Shown: in pieces, positions 17,841 to 28,973 of the stretch | How positions within the stretch are numbered: the first letter of the stretch is position 1 | How the letters are laid out: every line of letters begins with the position of its first letter | NCBI GenBank assembly: GCA_963739305.1 | Contig: CAVTZU010000008.1 | Location: 1 to 64,000, forward strand | Direction: 5' to 3' | Origin: Candidatus Bathyarchaeota archaeon | GTDB taxonomy: Archaea; Thermoproteota; Bathyarchaeia; Bathyarchaeales; Bathycorpusculaceae | Length of the DNA stretch: 64,000 nucleotides | Program-made: the position numbers and the translations under genes | Notes under the pieces: generated by a model | What the model saw: the letters and a program-made list of their open reading frames with translations, nothing else | What the model was told of the DNA's origin: nothing | The model's database searches: none

Positions 17841-19251
17841 GTGAAGTGCTTGGGCAATCGATGTCATCCGTACATACCGAATTCAGTGCCGGAAATCAAA
17901 GATGAGATGATGCGCGAAATCGGCATCACACAGATTGACGAGCTTTACCGGGACATCCCCGACAAGTGTCTCCTCAAAAGCAAGCTGAACCTGCCTGTTC
18001 AAGCTCTCTCCGAGTTTGAAGTAAGAAAGCACGTGGAGAAACTTCTGTCAAACACGCAAACCTGCAGTCAGATGCCCATGTTCTTGGGTGCCGGCTGTTG
18101 GCCGCATTACGTTCCTGCTGTCGTTAAAGAGATAATTGGACGAAGCGAATTCCTTACGGCTTACACTCCTTACCAACCTGAAATCTCACAAGGCATGCTC
18201 CAAGCACTCTTCGAGTATCAAAGCATGATCTGCGAATTGACAAGCATGACGGTTGCCAACTGCTCAATGTATGACTGGGCCTCGGCTTTGGGTGAAGCCG
18301 CAAGAATGGCTGCAAGAGTGAAAGGAAGAAACGAGATTTTAATTCCAGAGATCATCCATCCCGAACGGGCTTCTGCCCTGAAAGTCTACGCCGATCCAGC
18401 CGGGATAGAGGTGAAGAAAATAGGGTACGAAAAGGGCACAGGGCAATTGAGACTTGCAGATCTGAAGGAAAAGAATCACGGACAGGACGGCGGCTGTCTA
18501 CATTGAAAACCCATCTTACATGGGGTTCCTGGAAACTCAACTTGAAGCAATAGGTGAAGCAGCACACGCCAAGAACGCTCTCTTCATCGTGGGCGTCGAT
18601 CCAACATCCCTTGGCGTGCTAAGGCCACCAGGCGAATATGGCGCGGACATCGTCATCGGCGAAGCCCAACCACTCGGAAACGCCATGAACTTCGGCGGAC
18701 CCCTTCTTGGATTGATGGCCTGCCGCAACGACATGACATTGATAAGACAAATGCCCGGCAGAATAATCGGGCTGACAACGACTCAGGACAACAAAAGACA
18801 AGGCTTCTGTATGACCATGCAGACACGCGAACAACACATAAGGCGTGAAAGGGCAACGTCGAACATATGCACTAACGAAGCCCTGTGCGCCGTCGCATCT
18901 GCAGTCTACATGGCTCTTCTCGGCCCTGGAGGCTTCCGGGACTTGGGAGAAACGATAGCTTACAAAGCCAACTACGCGATACGCCTCATTTCGAGCATAC
19001 AGAAAATCCGAGCACCCGTCTTCAAGGCTCCTCACTTCAAGGAATTCACGGTGAATTTTGACGATGCCGATTTGACAGTCAAAGAAGTGAACGAAAGGCT
19101 TCTTAAGCGTCAGATTCAAGGTGGCAAGGATCTGTCAAAGGAACACCCAGAACTGGGACAGACTGCTCTGTACTGCGTGACAGAGATACACTCACAGGAA
19201 GAAATTCAGCGCTTGGCCACCGCTCTCCAAGAGATAGTCACAGGAAGGTGA
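17841..19251 (+). CDS. gcvPA: Glycine dehydrogenase (decarboxylating) subunit 1, split by one extra base at about 18474
   Basis: EFLTAYTPYQPEISQGMLQALFEYQ and TREQHIRRERATSNICTN; removing one A joins ORFs 17841-18506 and 18520-19251 as KEKITDRTAAVYIENPSYMG. Confidence 0.92.
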
Positions 19252-19257
19252 ACTGCA

Positions 19258-20788
19258 ATGTACAAACAGGCAAACTGGAACGAGCCATTAGTCTTCGACC
19301 TTGGGAAGACGGGAAGAAAGGGACATTTGCTGCCGACCGTTGAAAATGAGATTCGCAAAACTATGGGCGATCTGAACTCGTTCCTCCCGAAAGAAATTCA
19401 GAGAGAAGGAAAAATCGAACTTCCAGAACTTTCAGAGGTAGAAGTTGACCGACACTACCTGCGACTGTCAGAGATGAATTACGGTGTGGACTCAGGGTTC
19501 TACCCCCTTGGAAGCTGCACGATGAAGTACAACCCGAAAATCAACGAGTCACTTGCCAATCACCCTTCGATAGCGCTGACCCATCCGTATCAGGACGAAA
19601 GCAAAGTTCAGGGTCTGCTCGAGATCCTCTTCAAACTCGAGCGATGGCTTAGCGAAATCACAGGCATGTACGAAGTGTGTTTGCAGCCTGCTGCCGGCGC
19701 ACAGGGGGAGCTCTTGGGCACCTTGTTGATGCATGCTTGTCTAAGAGCGAACGGAGAATGCGACGACAAAACGGAGGTACTCGTCCCGGACTCTGCTCAC
19801 GGCACCAACCCTGCGAGCGCCTCGATGGCTGGATTCAACGTGGTCGTTCTCCCCTCTGGAAATGACGGATGCCTGGACGTTGAAGCCCTCAAATCAGCTG
19901 TGTCCAAGAAGACAGCTGGCCTCATGCTCACTAACCCTAACACGCTCGGTCTGTTCGAGAGAAACATATTGGAAATTGCGAAAATCGTTCATGAAGCGGG
20001 AGGATTACTCTACTATGATGGAGCCAACCTGAACCCACTTTTGGGCAAAGCCAGACCTGGAGACATGGGGTTTGACATAGTTCACATCAACATCCACAAG
20101 ACCTTCAGCACGCCCCACGGAGGCGGCGGACCAGGAGCCGGACCAGTTGGAGTCATCGAGGGCTTGGCTAAGTTCCTTCCCGTTCCCCGCGTGGTTAACG
20201 AAGGAAACAGGTATCGATTAGATTATGAGAGACCGCAAAGCATCGGAAAACTCAGAGGTTTCTACGGGAACACAGCTGTGCTTCTAAGAGCCTACGCCTA
20301 CATACTGAGCATGGGGTCGGAGGGGTTGAAAGAGGCAGCAGAAGTATCGGTTTTGAACGCCAACTACTTGATGGAAAAACTTCGTCGAATCAAAGGACTG
20401 AGTCTGCCGTACGACTCGGAAAAGCCGAGAAAACACGAGTGTGTTATCAGCGCGAAGACCCTGAAAGATGAAACGGGTGTTTCTGCCCTGAATGTTGCCA
20501 AACGACTGCTTGATTACGGCTTTCACGCCCCAACGATCTATTTTCCACTCATTGTCGAAGAAGCATTGATGGTGGAGCCTACAGAGACTTTTGAAAAAGA
20601 GGAGATTGATCGGTTCATCGAGACAGTGCGAAAAATATGTGAGGAAGCGTACTCAAACCCCGAAGAGATAATCGCAGCGCCACACAACACTGCGGTTTCT
20701 CAGGTTGGACGAGGTCAAAGCATCACACCCCAAAACCATGACGCTAAGTTGGCGAATGAAAAAAGCCAGAAGCGAAGAAAAACCGTAA
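19258..20788 (+). CDS. gcvPB: Glycine dehydrogenase subunit 2, one extra base near 20707
   Basis: PLGSCTMKYNP, SAHGTNPASA, NIHKTFSTPHGGGGPG (PLP Lys); corrected C-terminus VDEVKASHPKTMTLSWRM ends at TAA 20788. Confidence 0.92.
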
Positions 20789-20864
20789 CCCAGCAAAACA
20801 CGTATATAGGATGCAATTTCGATTTAGCGTACTAGAAAATTGCAGAAATTGGAAGTGCAATTGA

Positions 20865-21158
20865 TTGACTGAAATGGAAGATAAGGTCCGCGAAGCTGTT
20901 GGTCAAGTGGTGGACCCAGAAACAGGGATGACCTTCGCAGACATGCAGATGATTACAAGCGTAAAAGAACAGGAGCAGGGTGTCTTCAAAGTTGAGTTTG
21001 TCCCGTCGAGTCCCTTCTGTCCTATTGCCTTCAAACTTGCCCTGGACATAAAGAATGCCGCTATGAAAGTTCCAGGCGTCAAGAAGGCCTTGATTTTCTG
21101 TCGCGGTCACATGATGGAACAACAGATAAACGACCAGACCAACAAGGAACAGCAGTAG
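20865..21158 (+). CDS. DUF59/MIP18 Fe-S cluster assembly protein
   Basis: VVDPETG and PSSPFCPIA motifs. Confidence 0.85.
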   Translation: MTEMEDKVREAVGQVVDPETGMTFADMQMITSVKEQEQGVFKVEFVPSSPFCPIAFKLALDIKNAAMKVPGVKKALIFCRGHMMEQQINDQTNKEQQ

Positions 21159-21299
21159 AAAACCGGGTTTTCACCAGTTTTGGACGTTCCCACAGCCCAG
21201 TTAGCTGTTCTATCTCAAGTATGAGCTTTCTATCTTTTCTCTCACTGCTTAAATACTCAGACGCGTTGACCCCTTATCCAAAGAATACGAAGTGATTCG

Positions 21300-22193
21300 T
21301 TGTCCAAAGAAGTCAACCCGATCTGCGCCAAGCCCTGCGGATCTCACGAGATCTATTGTTGCGGATCACGCGTCAAAATCTCTGAAAAAGGCGTCGCCGC
21401 CGTGACCCAGCCAGTCGTTCGTAAATGCCCGCTGCATGAATCGCTCTATGGAACAAAGAGAATAGACTCTCGGACCGTGCAGAATAGCGTTGAAAGAAAG
21501 ATTAGAGAATTCGGATTTTGTTGCGAGAATCGTGAATTCAGCCTGGATCCAATCGTGGCCTATGGTGCATCTGAAATGATGAGCGTATGGCTTGACAGAC
21601 ATCTTATCGATTGTGCAGTTGTTGTCTGCGAAGGTGCAGGAACAGTGATGACAGACAACGCGAAACTTGTTCAAGGAATTGGTGCACGGTTGACTGGGAT
21701 CATCAAGACTTCGCCCATACAACAGGTGATTCAATACGTTGAGAAAAACGGCGGCAAAGTTCTCGACAAGACCGCCACACCAATCGACCAAGTCGAAGGG
21801 GTACGACAAGCTTTCCTGGCGGGCTCAAAACGTGTAGCAGTGAGTGTTGCAAGCTTTCAAAGCAAAGCAATAAGCGGGATCCGTCAGCTTGAGAAAACCG
21901 AACGCAAAGAAGCTGTTGTGTTCTCGGTTTGCAACACGCTTGCAAAGGATGCTGATGTGAAACACATCGTCAAAGCCGACATCGCTTGTGCAAGTGCTTC
22001 GAAAATACTTCGAGACCAGGTCGGAAGTAAGGCGCTACTGCAAGTTGGGATAACCATTCCAGTATACGCGTTGACGCAGAAAGGAAAGGAAATGGTGCTC
22101 GGATACTTGGAAGCGTTCAAAGACAAACTCGTAATTTTCAGGACCGGCACACTGCCATATGAAGCAAAGAACAAAGGTCCTGTGCTGACCTAA
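21300..22193 (+). CDS. DUF2099 / methanogenesis marker 8-like protein
   Basis: GASEMM, DCAVVVCEGAGTV, LVQGIGARLTG, IDQVEGV, CASKILR, LQVGITIPVYALT. Confidence 0.8.
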   Translation: MSKEVNPICAKPCGSHEIYCCGSRVKISEKGVAAVTQPVVRKCPLHESLYGTKRIDSRTVQNSVERKIREFGFCCENREFSLDPIVAYGASEMMSVWLDRHLIDCAVVVCEGAGTVMTDNAKLVQGIGARLTGIIKTSPIQQVIQYVEKNGGKVLDKTATPIDQVEGVRQAFLAGSKRVAVSVASFQSKAISGIRQLEKTERKEAVVFSVCNTLAKDADVKHIVKADIACASASKILRDQVGSKALLQVGITIPVYALTQKGKEMVLGYLEAFKDKLVIFRTGTLPYEAKNKGPVLT

Positions 22194-23134
22194 AGTCTCA
22201 ATTCTCCGCTATTTCTGAAGTATACTTCCAGAGAGACGATCAATAAGTTCTGAGCAACTAGGTTTGCTATCAACGGAGGCAGAATTGAAGAGCCAAAAAC
22301 CGCCAGGCCTATGACCAAGCTGAGCCCAGCATTCTTCACGCAAGTGGCGATTCCGACAGTCACAGCTCGTCCGTAACCAAACCTCCTCCCAAGTAGGTAA
22401 GCTACGGCAAACCCGAGGCCCAGAGAAACAAGCATGAAAACGTTCAGAGCACCAAATTGAGCCAAATCAGTTTCAACGCTTCCAGTTCCAGGAGCCATTG
22501 CCCCCCAAACGAGCATGAAAACGATGACAAGCTCTATCCAGTGCGTGTGGTCTGTCAATCGCCTCCAGTCAATTCGGACGACTCTCTTGAGAAGAAACAC
22601 AGCAACCACTGGAATCAGTATGAGCTCTGCGATCAAAGAAACCAAGTAGTAAAGATCCACCCCAGCCATAGTTCCAGTTGCCAAGAGCATCGTTGCAGGA
22701 ACAGTCACTATCGCGATAAGACTTGCCGATGCGGTGACGATGAGCGCGAAGGCGATGTCTCCTTTGAAGACTCGGGTCCAAAATGCGGTTGCGACGGCAG
22801 GGGGTGCCGCGAAACCAAGAACTATTCCTGCGAAGATTATCGGCGAGAACAACAGCTTCGCGGGTATAGCAAGAACCGGCATGAAGACGTAGACCATCAA
22901 CAACGCGAAGCCAATTGCCTTCGCGTTCCAAAGAGACTGTCTCGCATCTCCTGCGTCGATCCGCAGAAACGAAAAGAACATGAGAAGAACGAGTAGCAAG
23001 CCAACGTAGTTCCTCCAAAGCAACCCGATGGAGGGAAGCAGGAACCCCATCGCTATGCTTAGGAGTATCGCGATTGACGTGGCGTTTCTCTCAAGGAGAC
23101 TGGTCATTGCATTTTCGCATCCAGACGTAATCAA
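22190..23134 (-). CDS. Bile acid:sodium symporter family transporter
   Basis: About 9-10 TM helices; APPAVATAFWT..KGD and VKNAGL motifs. Confidence 0.8.
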   Translation of the reverse strand: MITSGCENAMTSLLERNATSIAILLSIAMGFLLPSIGLLWRNYVGLLLVLLMFFSFLRIDAGDARQSLWNAKAIGFALLMVYVFMPVLAIPAKLLFSPIIFAGIVLGFAAPPAVATAFWTRVFKGDIAFALIVTASASLIAIVTVPATMLLATGTMAGVDLYYLVSLIAELILIPVVAVFLLKRVVRIDWRRLTDHTHWIELVIVFMLVWGAMAPGTGSVETDLAQFGALNVFMLVSLGLGFAVAYLLGRRFGYGRAVTVGIATCVKNAGLSLVIGLAVFGSSILPPLIANLVAQNLLIVSLEVYFRNSGELRL

Positions 23135-23320
23135 GCGGGTTAGAAGGTATGTTTTGTTACTTGTCTAATATTAAAGCGAAACGTCATGGCTCCTTAGGGA
23201 GAAAGGAACACGGTTTCTCGAAGAACGCAGGATGAACACTGCGGATCTTTTCGCTCAGCGTTCATCAATCCCAACGTATTTATCCGAGATTCTAATACGT
23301 AGAGAACTAGGGATACATTC

Positions 23321-24697
23321 TTGGGACGACTAAGACTTGCGGTCGTCTTGACGCTCGCATTGCTGGTTCTCTGTGAAATAAGCAGCATTAGCTTCTGTTC
23401 AAACGCTTCCAACGCTGTTTTGCAGGTGGATCTCATCGGCGAAATCAATTCGGCGACGGCGACTATGATGCAGGACGCATTAAGCTTGGCTGCTGCTCAG
23501 AACGCTCGTTTAGTGATCGTAACACTGAACACTCCTGGGGGCGAAGTCGGCGCAGTTCAAACCATAATGAACCTATTCGATAACTCTTCAATCCCCGTTT
23601 GCTGCTACGTTTATCCTGTCGGCGCAACAGCTTGGAGCGGAGGAACCTACGTGCTGATGGCGTCCCATGTGGCCGCTATGGCGTCGGGCACAACGATAGG
23701 GTCCTGTCAACCCGTTGATTCAACGGGAACGCCTATAACTGATACCAAGTACTTGAACGCGCTAACTGCGCTCATGGTGAACCACGCAGTCCTGCACAGC
23801 CGGAACGACACCGCGGCCGGACTGTTTGTTACGCAGAACCTGAACCTCGGAGCAGATAGCGCCTTCCGAAACGATGTTGTTGAGGTGTTAGCTGACAACG
23901 TACACACCCTTCTGGTCAGGTTGGAAGGCTTCGCGCTCGTCCATCTTACAGGCGATTCCGGTCAGCGAACCTGGAAGCTTGTTCCAATCGTCGACGCTCA
24001 GAACTACAGCGAAACTCAACTTTTCGACAACATCAGCAACGCCACCATCATCAGTTACTCGCCTGGAATCCAGATTTTCCTTCTAGGCCTTCTTTACAAC
24101 CCTCTCGTGAGTTCGTTGCTGTTAATCGTGGGCATTTTCCTGTTCTTCATCGGTATAAAAACCCCAGGACACGGCGCTGAAGTTGCAGGAGCGATCTGTA
24201 TCGTTCTTGCCATCATCGGCTTTCAAGCTGTCGGTGTAGGTTTGGGCGCGATCGTGCTGTTTGCTGTCGGGGCGGTCATGATTGTGGCCGAACTGAAGAC
24301 GCACATCGGAGTTCTAGCAATAGGCGGAGCTTCATGCATGGTCATAGGTAGCCTGATTTTGTTCCCTTCTGCACAGTGGCTTCTCTACTACCAGGATATT
24401 CAACAAATTCAAGAATCGTTGGTCGCGATCACGATTGCTATGGCAGTTCTTTTCTCCGTCATCGTCTACAAGGCAGCTCAATCGCGGCGCTTCAAGGTCA
24501 GAACAGGGAAGGAGCCGCTAATCGGCGCGGAAGGAGTTGTTGTTAAAGATCTCGCGCCTGAAGGTCAAATTCGAGTGCTAGGAGAGTTTTGGCAGGCCCG
24601 AGCACAGGACGGTAGTATAAGCAGAGGCCAGAACATTCGAGTGGTGAGGCTCGAGGGTCTTTTCCTTATCGTCAAACCTGTCGAGGAAAAAGCTTAA
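23321..24697 (+). CDS. nfeD: NfeD family membrane-bound serine protease
   Basis: LNTPGG, AWSGGTY, GTTIGSCQP, TM region, C-terminal GEFWQA OB domain; upstream of a stomatin gene. Confidence 0.9.
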   Translation: MGRLRLAVVLTLALLVLCEISSISFCSNASNAVLQVDLIGEINSATATMMQDALSLAAAQNARLVIVTLNTPGGEVGAVQTIMNLFDNSSIPVCCYVYPVGATAWSGGTYVLMASHVAAMASGTTIGSCQPVDSTGTPITDTKYLNALTALMVNHAVLHSRNDTAAGLFVTQNLNLGADSAFRNDVVEVLADNVHTLLVRLEGFALVHLTGDSGQRTWKLVPIVDAQNYSETQLFDNISNATIISYSPGIQIFLLGLLYNPLVSSLLLIVGIFLFFIGIKTPGHGAEVAGAICIVLAIIGFQAVGVGLGAIVLFAVGAVMIVAELKTHIGVLAIGGASCMVIGSLILFPSAQWLLYYQDIQQIQESLVAITIAMAVLFSVIVYKAAQSRRFKVRTGKEPLIGAEGVVVKDLAPEGQIRVLGEFWQARAQDGSISRGQNIRVVRLEGLFLIVKPVEEKA

Positions 24698-24722
24698 CCG
24701 CTCTAACATATGACTCTATTTC

Positions 24723-25550
24723 TTGGTGCGAAACATGGATGGAGACATAATAGCTGGTGTACTGGCTTTCATCGCGGTCGTCATTGCAATAATCATAGTA
24801 AGCGGTCTCAGGATTCTGAAAGAGTGGGAAAGAATGCCCGTTCTCCGGTTGGGACGCTATTTGGGACTGAAGGGACCCGGCATCGCATACCTGGTTCCGT
24901 TCATTGATAGGGCGCCAATGCGGGTTTCCACTAGGCTCGATACCATCGCGTTCAAGACCGAGCAGACGTTGACTAAAGATAACGTTCCGGTGAACGTTGA
25001 CGCCGTAATGTACATGCGGCCTGTCGACGTGGAGAAGGTGGTCCTTTACGTGGAAGATTATCACAGTGCCACCTCACTAGCTGCACAGACCACTTTGAGA
25101 GAAGTGATCGGGAAGGTTGAATTGAACGAGCTTCTCTCTGAAAGAGACAAAATAGGCACTCACCTTCGAGAAATAATTGATGAAAAAGTCGAGGCGTGGG
25201 GCATAAAAGTCACCTCGGTCGAAGTCAGAGACGTGATAATTCCAACGGTTCTGCAGGACGCAATGTCGAGGCAGGCACAAGCAGAAAGGGAAAGGATGGC
25301 AAGAGTCACATTGGCCACGGCCGAGTTCGAAGCAGCCAAGAAGATGATACAAGCCGCAAAAATGTATGAAAAAAGCCACGAGGGACTAAGGCTCAGGTGG
25401 ATGAACATCCTCTACGAACTAGGTCAACAGTCAAGCGCGAACACAATTATGCTGATTCCATCAGTCATGCCTGAAGCAGGATGGCCGCCTGTGGGAATGT
25501 ACGGGTTTAAGGAATTACCAAAGAAAGAGACTAAACAAGAAAACAAGTAA
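24723..25550 (+). CDS. SPFH/stomatin (slipin) family protein
   Basis: TKDNVPVNVDAV, AQTTLREVIG, WGIKVTSVEVRDV, AMSRQAQAERE. Confidence 0.92.
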   Translation: MVRNMDGDIIAGVLAFIAVVIAIIIVSGLRILKEWERMPVLRLGRYLGLKGPGIAYLVPFIDRAPMRVSTRLDTIAFKTEQTLTKDNVPVNVDAVMYMRPVDVEKVVLYVEDYHSATSLAAQTTLREVIGKVELNELLSERDKIGTHLREIIDEKVEAWGIKVTSVEVRDVIIPTVLQDAMSRQAQAERERMARVTLATAEFEAAKKMIQAAKMYEKSHEGLRLRWMNILYELGQQSSANTIMLIPSVMPEAGWPPVGMYGFKELPKKETKQENK

Positions 25551-25597
25551 GAATCGGGACAATACCTACATATCTACTCACTTGACCGTTAATCAGG

Positions 25598-26350
25598 TCA
25601 AGGCCAGTCTGCGTTGTTGTCGTAGCCGTAGCTTTCCCAATATCCTTTGAAGCCGACGTTGTTGGACACTTCGATTTGGGTCACCCACTTTATCCACTTG
25701 TACCCCAGTTTGCCCTCGGCCACCAGTCGGAGAGGGTAACCTTCGCTTGCTGGCAGCGGAAGGCCATTGACTTTGAAGGCCAACATCAGGTTATTATTCA
25801 CGATGTAAGACAGCGGCAGGCTCGTGCTGTATCCGTCTTGAGCACGGAATATCACGACTTCAGCGCTCTGGTTGAAACCAGCATCCTGCAAGAGGTCTTT
25901 GAGCAGGACGCCTTCCCACAAAGCTGTGACTTCCCAGCCCTCCACACAGTGAAGCGTAACTACCTTCAAATAATGCGTGTGCTTACTAACAACGTCGTCA
26001 TACGTAAAGACAATTGGGTTTGCCACGAGGCCTGTGACACTGAGTCTATATGTGGCGTTGTCTATTTGCTGCACGCCGTTTATCGCTTCAATTCTAAAAT
26101 CATTGATTGAGCTGAGTTTCTGCCCGTTGTATTCGGTGATCTCGCCCGGAGGAGGACTCTTAGTACCAACAAACAAGTTCGCGTAGAGCCACGGTCCTAG
26201 GACGAATCCTACCACCAACAACGTCAGCACGATTGCTAACAGAATGTACCTTCTCAAAGTAAACAGCTCTCCATTTCCTAATCCTAGCCGATTTGAAATG
26301 AGGCTTATATCGTTTTTTATCCATCCAGCGTGGTAACAGATACTCTGCAA
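25598..26350 (-). CDS. Molybdopterin-dependent oxidoreductase (sulfite oxidase/MsrP-like), membrane anchored
   Basis: LHCVEGW, DGYSTSLPL, GYPLRLV..GKLGYKWIKWV, GYWE; true start probably downstream of 26350. Confidence 0.85.
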   Translation of the reverse strand: MQSICYHAGWIKNDISLISNRLGLGNGELFTLRRYILLAIVLTLLVVGFVLGPWLYANLFVGTKSPPPGEITEYNGQKLSSINDFRIEAINGVQQIDNATYRLSVTGLVANPIVFTYDDVVSKHTHYLKVVTLHCVEGWEVTALWEGVLLKDLLQDAGFNQSAEVVIFRAQDGYSTSLPLSYIVNNNLMLAFKVNGLPLPASEGYPLRLVAEGKLGYKWIKWVTQIEVSNNVGFKGYWESYGYDNNADWP

Positions 26351-26784
26351 GTTATGAAAAGGCGTACGTTGCGATTTGTAGAAAAGCTTTCAAAGGAACA
26401 AATTCCGTCGAGCCTCTGTTATCTCTGACTTTCCAGCCCAAGGTGAACGAGCAGCCAATCTCGTGGAGCATTATCAGATTAGGAACAGAATTGGACATAA
26501 TTCTGAAAAACACCTTAATAACCCGTCGGCCTTACCGTGATGTCGGAGGCTGAGAACAAATCGGAAAAAACTGCGTCGAAAATGGTGCTCGCCACGGTTC
26601 AGAAGAGTTGAAACATCATTTTTCATCCCCTTTTCTCCTTTCTCCTTTCAACCGACCTGGACCCTGGCGAGAACTAGGAGTTTAGGAGCAGTCTGAAGAG
26701 AAAGATCAGCTGCAGAAAGAATGGCTGTTGTTTTTGTTACGTACGTTCAGTCGCCGATTATTGCGGGATTTGGTTGAAATCAAG

Positions 26785-28236
26785 CTATCGAGATTTTGAA
26801 GCTCTGGAGTCTCTTTTTTCGCGTCCTCTCACCATCGATGTTGCGATGCCGAGTGCAGCGATGGCAGCTCCGACGATGAATGCTTGGCTTTCCCCTCGCA
26901 GGAGAACGTTCGCCGGAACCGAGCTTCCGTTTCCGATTCCAGCGAATATGGTTGAAAGAAATTCTGGCGGAATCACAGTTGCGGCCACTGCGCCCATGAT
27001 TGCCAAACTCAGCGACTGCCCGACAAACCTCATCGTGGCCAAAGTTGCCGCAGCGACACCCAATCGAGGTCTGTCCACTGAGCCCATGACTGAGCTCGTG
27101 TTGGGCGCCGAGAATAGGCCCATACCCACTCCGAGTGTCACAAGCGCGGCGGTAACTTCGAGAATGGGCGTTTCCAGACTCAGCTGACTCATGAAAGCCA
27201 GGCTGGCGAAGATGAGGCCCATTCCAATCGAGGAAAAGAGGCGTGAACCGTAACGATCTGATAGCCATCCGCTGAGTGGAGAAAGGAAGGCCATGGGCAC
27301 GGGCATTGAGATCAAGATCAAGCCTGCGCTAATCGGCGAGTAACCTAAGAGTCGTTGGAAATAGAATGAAAGAAAATAGGGCACCGCAAAGTAGGCGGTA
27401 TAGTTCAGGAGTGCTGAAAGGTTGGCTGCAGCGAAGAGTCTACTCTCTCGAAATAGACTGAGGTCGAGCAGCGCGTCTTTTCCACGCATTCGCTCAATGA
27501 TCAGAAAAACGAGTAGGAGAACTGAGCCACCTGATAAGGCTCCAACGATAAAAGGACTCGTGATAGGAACGCTTCCAACTATTGTCAAACCTAAGAGGAC
27601 TAGTGAAAGCCCCCCGGTGAAAGAAGCTGCGCCCAAGAAATCAAAATGGCCTTCGATATTTCTTCCTTTTGTTAGCTCTTTCAACTTCGTCGCCGCCACG
27701 TAGACGACGATTACGCCTATGGGCACGTTTATATAAAATATGGATCTCCAACCGAGAGACTGAACGATTACTCCTCCCAACGTTGGACCTGCTGATAATC
27801 CCGTGTACACGGCCAGAGTGTTGATTCCTAAGGCTCTGCCCCTCTTCTCAGGAGGAAAAACTTCGGTGACGATCGCCGCGGACGTTGCACCGAACATGGC
27901 GGCACCGACACCTTGAGCACCACGGAAAACTATGAGTTCTACACCATTTTGAGCGGAGCCGCAGAGGGCCGAGGCGATCGTGAACAGCAGAAAGCCAAGT
28001 GTGAAAAATGATTTGCGTCCCCTGGTATCCGATAGCCTTCCGAATGTCAAGAGTAGCGTTGCGAGACAGAGCAGGTAGGCGACAGGAATCCAGATAACCT
28101 CTGCATAACCCATCTCGAAGGTCGCGGCGATCGATGGCAGAGCGACGCTGACAATACTTGCGTCAAGAGGAGACATGAAAGCACCCAGCGTCGTGACGAA
28201 CAACACCCGTCGCCGGTAGGAGCCTGTCATTTCCAT
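26785..28236 (-). CDS. MFS transporter, DHA2 (14-TM) type
   Basis: LDASIVSVALPSI, GRLSDTRGRK, GPTLGG, GWRSIFYINVPIG. Confidence 0.92.
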   Translation of the reverse strand: MEMTGSYRRRVLFVTTLGAFMSPLDASIVSVALPSIAATFEMGYAEVIWIPVAYLLCLATLLLTFGRLSDTRGRKSFFTLGFLLFTIASALCGSAQNGVELIVFRGAQGVGAAMFGATSAAIVTEVFPPEKRGRALGINTLAVYTGLSAGPTLGGVIVQSLGWRSIFYINVPIGVIVVYVAATKLKELTKGRNIEGHFDFLGAASFTGGLSLVLLGLTIVGSVPITSPFIVGALSGGSVLLLVFLIIERMRGKDALLDLSLFRESRLFAAANLSALLNYTAYFAVPYFLSFYFQRLLGYSPISAGLILISMPVPMAFLSPLSGWLSDRYGSRLFSSIGMGLIFASLAFMSQLSLETPILEVTAALVTLGVGMGLFSAPNTSSVMGSVDRPRLGVAAATLATMRFVGQSLSLAIMGAVAATVIPPEFLSTIFAGIGNGSSVPANVLLRGESQAFIVGAAIAALGIATSMVRGREKRDSRASKSR

Positions 28237-28437
28237 AGTCGAAGACCCATCGTTATTTCTTCAATGCGAGTCTCATTCTCATGCGCTTTTAAGAGCTTTG
28301 TAACCCTAATCGCGGATTTTTTATGAGATAGCGCGTAGCAAAGCTGCTCCAGATCGGAACTGGTCGTCTCAGAATTGCCCCTCGTCAGATTATTAAGTAA
28401 CGGGAACATAGTAGAGACTGTTTCCGCGGTGAATGCA

Positions 28438-28920
28438 ATGTCGAAGCAAGTGTCTCGCCGATCATTGAGACAAAAGTTACCAAAGAAGACGCTTGCTATG
28501 ATCATTGCTTTAATCGCGCTCGTTGCCGCAATATCCACGGTATCATACGTTTACTTTCTTCCAAAAGATACAAACCCAAATCCAACCCTAGTTTACCACA
28601 AGATCTTCGACACCGGATTCGTAACCGTGCAGCGATACCATCAATATCGATCTGAATACTTTGTCATAAATGAGACTTTTTGGTACGTAAGATGGAAAGA
28701 TTGGCAACCGAACGTCCCAACAGGGACGCAGTTGGAGATTCGCGTGTATGAAGCCTACGCGAACCAAAATCAGTGGAACATGTGGCTCGATATGAATGGC
28801 GTAGAATACCTGAGCTTCAACGGCGTGTTCTATATGAACATATCAATATGGCCATACAGCCGGGCAGTAACAGTTGTTCCTAGCAGCTTCAACGCCGCGA
28901 TAGAAGTTTGGGAAGCCTAG
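28438..28920 (+). CDS. Membrane-anchored hypothetical protein
   Basis: Basic N-terminus + single TM + beta-rich soluble domain; ATG 28438. Confidence 0.6.
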   Translation: MSKQVSRRSLRQKLPKKTLAMIIALIALVAAISTVSYVYFLPKDTNPNPTLVYHKIFDTGFVTVQRYHQYRSEYFVINETFWYVRWKDWQPNVPTGTQLEIRVYEAYANQNQWNMWLDMNGVEYLSFNGVFYMNISIWPYSRAVTVVPSSFNAAIEVWEA

Positions 28921-28973
28921 ACATAAAAAAAGGATTCTTTGATACATTGTAAGTTGATGACGAAAAATGGGCC

